Below, one piece after another: positions 57,842 through 64,000 of a DNA stretch of 64,000 nucleotides. The DNA comes from Bacteroidota bacterium (lineage in GTDB: Bacteria > Bacteroidota > Ignavibacteria > Kapaibacteriales > HRBIN21): positions 332,756 through 396,755 of the forward strand of contig JAUQPL010000001.1 of the NCBI GenBank assembly GCA_030550395.1. The letters are read 5' to 3'. Position 1 is the first letter of the stretch. The number at the start of each line of letters is the position of its first letter. The notes beneath the pieces were generated by a model. That model ran no database searches, had not been told where the DNA came from, and saw only the letters and a program-made list of their open reading frames with translations. Made by a program: the position numbers and the translations under genes.

Positions 57842-60800
57842 ATGCACATCCCACGGCGCTTTACAGAAGAGAGGCGAAGCCCTTACGATTACTTCACCTA
57901 CGAACGCCGTTCTTCCGTCCTGCGGAACCCGGACGGGACAGTCGTGTTCGAAATGCACAACATTGAAGTTCCAACCCACTGGTCCCAAGTTGCAACCGAT
58001 ATCCTCGCACAGAAGTACTTCCGCAAAACCGGGGTACCTCAGTACGACGCACAAGGGAATCCACTGCTGGACACCGACGGCAAACCCATCGTAGGACCGG
58101 AGCGCTCGGTCAAGCAGGTTGTTCACCGTCTGGCCGGCTGTTGGCGCTGGTGGGGTGAACAATATGGCTACTTTGACACGCCCGAGGACGCCCAAGCTTT
58201 CTATGATGAGCTCGTTTACATGATGCTGGCACAGATGGCGGCACCGAATTCACCCCAATGGTTTAACACGGGTTTATCCTACGCTTACAACATCACCGGC
58301 AAACCCCAAGGTCACTGGTATGTCGATCCCAAGACCGGACGTCTCCATCGCTCTCGTGATGCTTACACCCGCCCCCAACCCCACGCCTGCTTCATTCAGT
58401 CGATTGCTGATGACTTAGTTAACGAGGGTGGCATCTTTGACCTCCTCACCCGCGAAGCCCGCATTTTCAAATATGGCTCCGGTACGGGGACGAACTTCTC
58501 CCCACTCCGTGCCGCAGGCGAACCCCTCTCGGGCGGGGGGGTCTCCTCTGGATTGATGAGTTTCTTGAAAATCTTCGACCGTGCTGCCGGCGCTATTAAA
58601 TCCGGAGGGACTACCCGGCGGGCGGCAAAAATGGTAATCGTCAATATTGACCACCCTGACATTGAAGAATTCATCGAGTGGAAAGCTCGCGAGGAGGAAA
58701 AGGTAGCCTCCTTGGTAACAGGTTCCCGTATCTGCGCCACATTCCTCCAGGCTATCATGGATGAGGCTATCGCCCGGGGAACGGATTGGCGCAGCAACCC
58801 CCGCCTCCATACCCTCATCCGCCGGGCTCTCCACCGCGGTATCCCCCGAGCCTATATCCTCCGCACCCTGGCCCTCGCTGAACAAGGATATACGAAGCTG
58901 GACTTCCCCGTCTTCGGTCTGGATTACGAGGGTGAAGCCTATCTTACCGTGAGCGGACAGAACTCGAATAACTCCGTCCGAGTCCCGAATGAGTTCATGC
59001 ATGCCGTACTTAACGACGGGACATGGGATCTGCGATGGCGCACCGATGGGCGCGTGTGCCGTACGGTACGGGCCCGGGACTTATGGAACAAAATCGCCTT
59101 AGCGGCTTGGAAGTGTGCCGACCCAGGACTGCAGTTTGATACCACCATCAACGAATGGCATACCTGCCCCCATTCCGGGCGTATCAACGCTTCCAACCCT
59201 TGCTCGGAATATCTCTTCCTGGACGATACTGCCTGCAATTTGGCAAGTCTCAACTTGCTGAAGTTCTACGATGAAGAGACTGGAACCTTCCGCATAGAGG
59301 ACTTCCGACACGCTGTCCGCCTTTGGACTGTCGTGCTGGAGATCTCTGTCCTTATGGCGCAGTTCCCCTCCAAAGAAATTGCCCGCAAAAGCTACGAGTT
59401 CCGTACGCTCGGACTTGGCTATGCAAATCTAGGTGCCCTCCTCATGGTTAGTGGCATTCCCTACGATTCTCCTCAAGCATTGGCAATTGCCGGAGCGATC
59501 ACTGCGCTCATGACAGCCGAAGCTTATGCAACCTCGGCGGAGATGGCTCGTGAATTAGGGCCCTTCCCCCGCTTTGCTGAAAACCGGGAAGCAATGCTTC
59601 GCGTCATCCGCAACCATCGGCGTGCGGCCTACAATGCCCCTCCTGAGGAGTACGAAGGCTTGAGTATTACCCCGATGGGCATTGATCCACGATACTGCCC
59701 CGACTACCTCCTCCAAGCCGCCCGCCAAGCATGGGATCGCGCTCTGGAACTGGGCGAGCGCTACGGCTACCGAAACGCCCAAGTGACTGTCATCGCTCCT
59801 ACGGGGACCATCGGACTCTTAATGGATTGTGACACAACCGGTATTGAACCCGACTTCGCCCTTGTGAAATTCAAAAAGTTGGCAGGTGGAGGTTATTTGA
59901 AAATTGTCAACCAATCTGTACCAAAAGCCTTGCGCCGGCTCGGATATTCCGAAGAGCAGATTCGCGATATCGTCGCCTACTGTGTTGGACATGGAACCCT
60001 CGTGGGGTGCCCCACTATCACCCATGAACGATTGCACCAAAAGGGCTTCACCGACAAGGAGCTCGCCCTGCTTGAATCCCTCCTGCCCAATGTCTTCGAC
60101 ATCCGTTTTGCTTTCACTCCCTGGACCTTGGGGGAAGAATTCTGCCTACGCTTAGGCTTTACCCGCGAACAGCTCTCCGACCCACACTTCGATCTCTTGC
60201 AGGCCCTGGGTTTCACACCCGAGGAAATCGAGGCTGCCAACGAATACGTCTGTGGCACAATGACCGTTGAAGGCGCTCCCCACCTGCGTTCGGAACATCT
60301 GCCCGTGTTTGATTGTGCTAACAAATGTGGCAAGCGTGGCACGCGCTACATTGACTACTTTGCGCACGTACGGATGATGGCAGCTGTCCAACCCTTCATC
60401 TCCGGTGGTATCTCAAAGACCGTCAACATGCCTGCCGAAGCAACAGTGGCTGATGTTGCTGAGGTGTACCTCCAAGCATGGCGTATGGGCGTGAAAGCAA
60501 TTGCCCTCTACCGTGATGGCTCCAAGCTCTCGCAACCGCTCAGCACCGCAGTAGAAGGGCTTGAGGATGAGATTGTCATGTTAGGCGATGAGGAAACCAT
60601 AGACGAGACCAAAGGTCCCCGCGAAGTCCAGGAACGCATTATCGAACGTATCGTATACCAGCGTCCGCAACGACGTCGCTTGCCGAAGAAGCGACACGGC
60701 TTCGTCCGCGAAGCATACGTCGGCGGGCACAAAGTATACCTGCGCACCGGAGAATATGAGGACGGTACTCTCGGCGAAATCTTCATTGACATGTACAAAG

Positions 60801-61360
60801 AAGGGGCTTCCTTCAAGGGCTTGCTCAATTGCTTCGCTGTCCTTGCCTCCAAAGCACTCCAGTATGGGATCCCTCTAGAGGAGCTCGTTGACACCTTCAC
60901 CTTCACTCGCTTTGAGCCCTCCGGCCCCGTTGAGGGGCACGAAGCAATCAAGTACGCTACTTCAGTGCTGGATTACGTATTCCGATCGCTGGCCTACGAC
61001 TACCTGGGGCGCACGGACTTTGTCCACGTCAAAGCCGTAGACGAGGTTCCTCCTCACGTGACCTCCCGCTCTGAAAGTCCATCCCCAGCGGACAATCCTC
61101 CGAAACATCCCCCTACACCGAGTACTCCATCCCCTGTACTCCAGGTCACAGAATGGGAGCCTCCGAAAGCCGAGGAGGAACCCGAGTTGGTCCCTGCTAA
61201 CGGGATAGGGACGAACGGAGCCTATGCGCGTCGTGTTGCCGAAGCAAAGGCACGGGGCTATACAGGAGAATCCTGTCCCGTGTGCGGCTCCATGCGCATG
61301 CGGCAAAGCGGAAGTTGTGCCATCTGCGAGGATTGTGGAACAACCAGTGGTTGCTCCTAA
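57842..61360 (+). CDS. nrdJ: Adenosylcobalamin-dependent (class II) ribonucleotide reductase
   Basis: PNSPQWFN, HACFIQ, GGTTRRAAKM, SNPCSE, DDTACNLAS, APTGTI, SKTVN, YRDGSK, C-terminal TSCPD and Zn ribbon. Confidence 0.97.
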   Translation: MHIPRRFTEERRSPYDYFTYERRSSVLRNPDGTVVFEMHNIEVPTHWSQVATDILAQKYFRKTGVPQYDAQGNPLLDTDGKPIVGPERSVKQVVHRLAGCWRWWGEQYGYFDTPEDAQAFYDELVYMMLAQMAAPNSPQWFNTGLSYAYNITGKPQGHWYVDPKTGRLHRSRDAYTRPQPHACFIQSIADDLVNEGGIFDLLTREARIFKYGSGTGTNFSPLRAAGEPLSGGGVSSGLMSFLKIFDRAAGAIKSGGTTRRAAKMVIVNIDHPDIEEFIEWKAREEEKVASLVTGSRICATFLQAIMDEAIARGTDWRSNPRLHTLIRRALHRGIPRAYILRTLALAEQGYTKLDFPVFGLDYEGEAYLTVSGQNSNNSVRVPNEFMHAVLNDGTWDLRWRTDGRVCRTVRARDLWNKIALAAWKCADPGLQFDTTINEWHTCPHSGRINASNPCSEYLFLDDTACNLASLNLLKFYDEETGTFRIEDFRHAVRLWTVVLEISVLMAQFPSKEIARKSYEFRTLGLGYANLGALLMVSGIPYDSPQALAIAGAITALMTAEAYATSAEMARELGPFPRFAENREAMLRVIRNHRRAAYNAPPEEYEGLSITPMGIDPRYCPDYLLQAARQAWDRALELGERYGYRNAQVTVIAPTGTIGLLMDCDTTGIEPDFALVKFKKLAGGGYLKIVNQSVPKALRRLGYSEEQIRDIVAYCVGHGTLVGCPTITHERLHQKGFTDKELALLESLLPNVFDIRFAFTPWTLGEEFCLRLGFTREQLSDPHFDLLQALGFTPEEIEAANEYVCGTMTVEGAPHLRSEHLPVFDCANKCGKRGTRYIDYFAHVRMMAAVQPFISGGISKTVNMPAEATVADVAEVYLQAWRMGVKAIALYRDGSKLSQPLSTAVEGLEDEIVMLGDEETIDETKGPREVQERIIERIVYQRPQRRRLPKKRHGFVREAYVGGHKVYLRTGEYEDGTLGEIFIDMYKEGASFKGLLNCFAVLASKALQYGIPLEELVDTFTFTRFEPSGPVEGHEAIKYATSVLDYVFRSLAYDYLGRTDFVHVKAVDEVPPHVTSRSESPSPADNPPKHPPTPSTPSPVLQVTEWEPPKAEEEPELVPANGIGTNGAYARRVAEAKARGYTGESCPVCGSMRMRQSGSCAICEDCGTTSGCS

Positions 61361-61364
61361 GCCC

Positions 61365-62276
61365 ATGGGGAGCGGAATCTGGATTGTCGACCGACACACA
61401 GATCATTTGGAATTCCATTACCGTGTCCAGGAAGTGCTTTTCTCGGGCCACACAACCTACCAGCGCGTGGATATCGTGCGAACTGCCAGTCTAGGCAAAG
61501 TCCTCTTTTTGGACGGGCGCATCCAGTCAGCAGAGTCGGACGAATTCATCTACCATGAGTCTCTGGTCCACCCAGCATTAGTGACCCATCCTCAACCTCA
61601 GCGCGTCCTCATCATGGGAGGGGGAGAGGGCGCTACCTTACGCGAAGTCCTGCGCCACCCCTCTGTTCAGAAGGCAGTCATGGTTGATATAGACCGCCAA
61701 CTTGTTGACCTATGCGACCGCTTACTGCCAGAATGGCACCAGGGAACCCTACACAATCCCCGAGCAGAGCTCCAACACGGAGATGCTCGTGCCTTTGTGG
61801 AACAGGCTCCGCACAATGCCTATGATGTCATCATCTCGGATTTGACCGAGCCTATTGAGGGGGGCCCCTCGGTCATGCTCTTCACCGTGGAGTTCTATGA
61901 CCAACTGGCTTCCCGTCTGACTTCTGATGGCCTCTTCGTAGCCCAAGCAGGGAGTGCCGATCCGGTATACCCTGATTTTGTCGCCAGCCTCTACCAGACC
62001 CTCCAAGAGGTCTTCCCTCGCGTCCACGTCTACTGGGCTTTCATCCCCTCCTTCCAGCTTCCTTGGGCTTTTATCATCGCTAGCAAGCGCTATGACCCAA
62101 CAGCATTATCGCTCCCTGAACTTGAACAGCGCCTTGGCGAACGCCAACTCCAAACCCGATATTACTCCGCCCGCCTCCATCCTGCTATGTTCGCAATACC
62201 TCCATACCTTGAAGACGTCCTCCGCCAGCGCGGTCGCCTTATCCGTGATCAACACGCCTTCATCTGGCAAGCGTAG
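61365..62276 (+). CDS. speE: Polyamine aminopropyltransferase (spermidine synthase)
   Basis: LDGRIQS...DEFIYHE.LVHP, GGGEGATLRE, YDVIISD..EP; ATG at 61365. Confidence 0.94.
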   Translation: MGSGIWIVDRHTDHLEFHYRVQEVLFSGHTTYQRVDIVRTASLGKVLFLDGRIQSAESDEFIYHESLVHPALVTHPQPQRVLIMGGGEGATLREVLRHPSVQKAVMVDIDRQLVDLCDRLLPEWHQGTLHNPRAELQHGDARAFVEQAPHNAYDVIISDLTEPIEGGPSVMLFTVEFYDQLASRLTSDGLFVAQAGSADPVYPDFVASLYQTLQEVFPRVHVYWAFIPSFQLPWAFIIASKRYDPTALSLPELEQRLGERQLQTRYYSARLHPAMFAIPPYLEDVLRQRGRLIRDQHAFIWQA

Positions 62277-62356
62277 CCACTCAGTGCGGCAAATGCACTA
62301 CATTTGTATCTGCTTCGTGTACACCTTTGCTGTCCAACTAATCAGAGCATTGACCA

Positions 62357-62719
62357 ATGCAGCACTTCCTGCTAGCCATCGTCAGCGTTGTATTTTTGGT
62401 ACTCTCCACCCCTGAGCTTCTCGGCCACGATGGATGTGGGAGCCACCGCCGCTCTTCTTCCTCCAATGCACTCCATGCCCCGAAGGGTTCCCACACCGGG
62501 GAGCTCACTGCAAAGCACGCACTGGTATCCCACAGCTCTGACATCGCCACCTCTTCGCAGGCTCAGGAAGAACACACCTGCTGTGAGGAAGAGGAAGACG
62601 AAACCGAGGAACATGGCTGCTGCCGAAACCATGCAAAGGCCGAGGGGTTGGAGAAAGGATGCTGCGCAGGGAAAAAGGGAGACAAGAGTGAACATTCGGC
62701 TCCGACACCGCAACGATAA
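62357..62719 (+). CDS. Small exported His/Cys/acidic-rich protein
   Basis: Signal-peptide-like N-terminus; three CC pairs, acidic tract, many His. Confidence 0.55.
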   Translation: MQHFLLAIVSVVFLVLSTPELLGHDGCGSHRRSSSSNALHAPKGSHTGELTAKHALVSHSSDIATSSQAQEEHTCCEEEEDETEEHGCCRNHAKAEGLEKGCCAGKKGDKSEHSAPTPQR

Positions 62720-62749
62720 GACGTCCGTTGGACAAAGGGAAAAACGGTG

Positions 62750-64000
62750 ATGGCGCGGGGTGGTGGTCCGGGGAAAGTTTACTTCGTGCTGTACTTAGCC
62801 GTCGTCCTGGAATTGCTCCTCATTATCGTTGAGCGCGACGAAGCAGAGGAGCACCTACTGCAAAAGCAGAAGGAGTCCATGCGGATTGTGCAAAGCATCC
62901 TCTCCCAGCTCCAAATCGGTACTGGTACCGAAGGCATTGCCACACGTCCGAAGGATGAAATCACCCTGACAGAGGGCTTTATGCAAACGACCGGCGGTAT
63001 CCAAATCCGCCAAGATCGCTACTACGAAGTTGAAGTTGGTGTCACCGATGTCTCCGGAATTACCATCTCCGAGGACCTCGAACCGGCAGAAGTCGAAAAC
63101 CGACGCCGGAATCTGATTCGGCTGGCCAACGTGCAGGAGCTGGATTACCAGATTTTCTACCATCCGAGCCCCAATCCCGAACCTCCCCCCTTCCCGCCCG
63201 ATGACTCTTTGCGCCGCATACGCTGGGAGAGCTTGGCAGAAGGCTCCTCGATCGGCCCTGACATTGAAGGCTCGCCATGGCGCCTGGTAGCAATGCGGCG
63301 TCTGGAACTGGACTTGGCTAGAACCCAGGACTACCAGAATCCCATTTACAAACCGTACACCATCACCATCGGCGACCTCAAGCGCTTTGCTCCTCCCGAC
63401 GCAGCGGCCAAGGACAGCATCTTCTGGTACGACCACAAACGTACCCAGGACCGAGCTCAGCAGAACGGGGGGAGGATCAAAAAACGAGTCTTCGCTATCC
63501 GCTTCCAACCACCGGCCCAACCTGGCTGGTATAAGCTGCGATTTGCCTCCCGCACAAACCGCATTCTGGGCATCCAAGGCGACAAACCTATAGAGCTTAC
63601 AGGAGAGGAAACAGTCAACATCGGTACTGTCCAAATCAAAGTCAAGGACCTCCAGCTTGTCAAGCGGGAGTTAGAGTACGAACTGGATGCCTATAATCCG
63701 CCCTTAGCCGATGATCTCATCAATGCTCGCTTGGACGCGGAGGAGTTTCTCAACCGCCTCCAAGCCTCCATGGACTATGCCCGGCAAGAGTATCCGGAGA
63801 AAGCTTCTGAAATCGTCGGGAAGCTGGAGCTCTATGGTTATATCGCCCGTCTCCTAGCTCCTGGGCAGTCTGCAGGCTTTGAACAGAATCGCTCAAGCAT
63901 TGCCATTGACATTCGCGTCATTAAGCCGGCTGTTCCACCTCCAGCCGACCCGAAGGTCTTCTTAGCCCAGGAGGATTTCTACTCTTTCGACAAAGCCCAA
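62750..64000 (+). CDS. Large single-TM protein, divergent GldM/PorM-like (partial, runs off the window)
   Basis: 417 stop-free codons from ATG 62750 by my translation; MARGGGPGKVYFVLYLAVVLELLLIIVERDEAEE; absent from the ORF track because it has no stop. Confidence 0.7.
   Translation, partial: MARGGGPGKVYFVLYLAVVLELLLIIVERDEAEEHLLQKQKESMRIVQSILSQLQIGTGTEGIATRPKDEITLTEGFMQTTGGIQIRQDRYYEVEVGVTDVSGITISEDLEPAEVENRRRNLIRLANVQELDYQIFYHPSPNPEPPPFPPDDSLRRIRWESLAEGSSIGPDIEGSPWRLVAMRRLELDLARTQDYQNPIYKPYTITIGDLKRFAPPDAAAKDSIFWYDHKRTQDRAQQNGGRIKKRVFAIRFQPPAQPGWYKLRFASRTNRILGIQGDKPIELTGEETVNIGTVQIKVKDLQLVKRELEYELDAYNPPLADDLINARLDAEEFLNRLQASMDYARQEYPEKASEIVGKLELYGYIARLLAPGQSAGFEQNRSSIAIDIRVIKPAVPPPADPKVFLAQEDFYSFDKAQ

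Noticed and set aside
57842-61360. Intein or intron in the long nrdJ
   Set aside because: No intein block motifs or LAGLIDADG seen; the length is explained by NrdJ inserts, TSCPD and a Zn ribbon
1-64000. CRISPR arrays, IS elements, prophage genes, sigma-54 -24/-12 promoters
   Set aside because: No spaced direct repeats, transposase/integrase or phage motifs, or convincing intergenic TGGCAC-N5-TTGC found by eye

Overview
Gene-dense, fairly GC-rich chromosomal core segment of a Gram-negative FCB-group bacterium. The evidence is TAnnTTTG-type promoter elements, an atp operon lacking atpD/atpC, a T9SS-type C-terminal sorting domain and the kynurenine enzymes Kmo and HaaO. A Kapabacteria/Ignavibacteria-like lineage is my inference, not a search result. 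The window holds rho, atp(Z/I)BEFHA-hldD-atpG, acetate-CoA ligase, radA, an ECF sigma pair, rlmB-rpsP-ffh, dtd, lptG, murD, topA, tmk, tRNA-Pro(TGG), rpoN, pyrD, nrdJ, speE and several peptidases. I saw no mobile elements, prophage or CRISPR. Most notable: (1) two structured intergenic elements (14727-14906 and ~22043-22130) share a hairpin with an identical GUGGUGGUG loop and compensatory stem changes, and carry SD/anti-SD motifs, suggesting a candidate new small-RNA system; (2) a highly divergent, apparently duplicated GldL/GldM-like motor (28652-30824, plus an ORF at 62750->64000 missing from the ORF track); (3) a MutT-TadA fusion; (4) a YitJ lacking all its Zn-binding cysteines; (5) hldD embedded in the atp operon. 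All calls come from motif recognition by eye; no database search was run.
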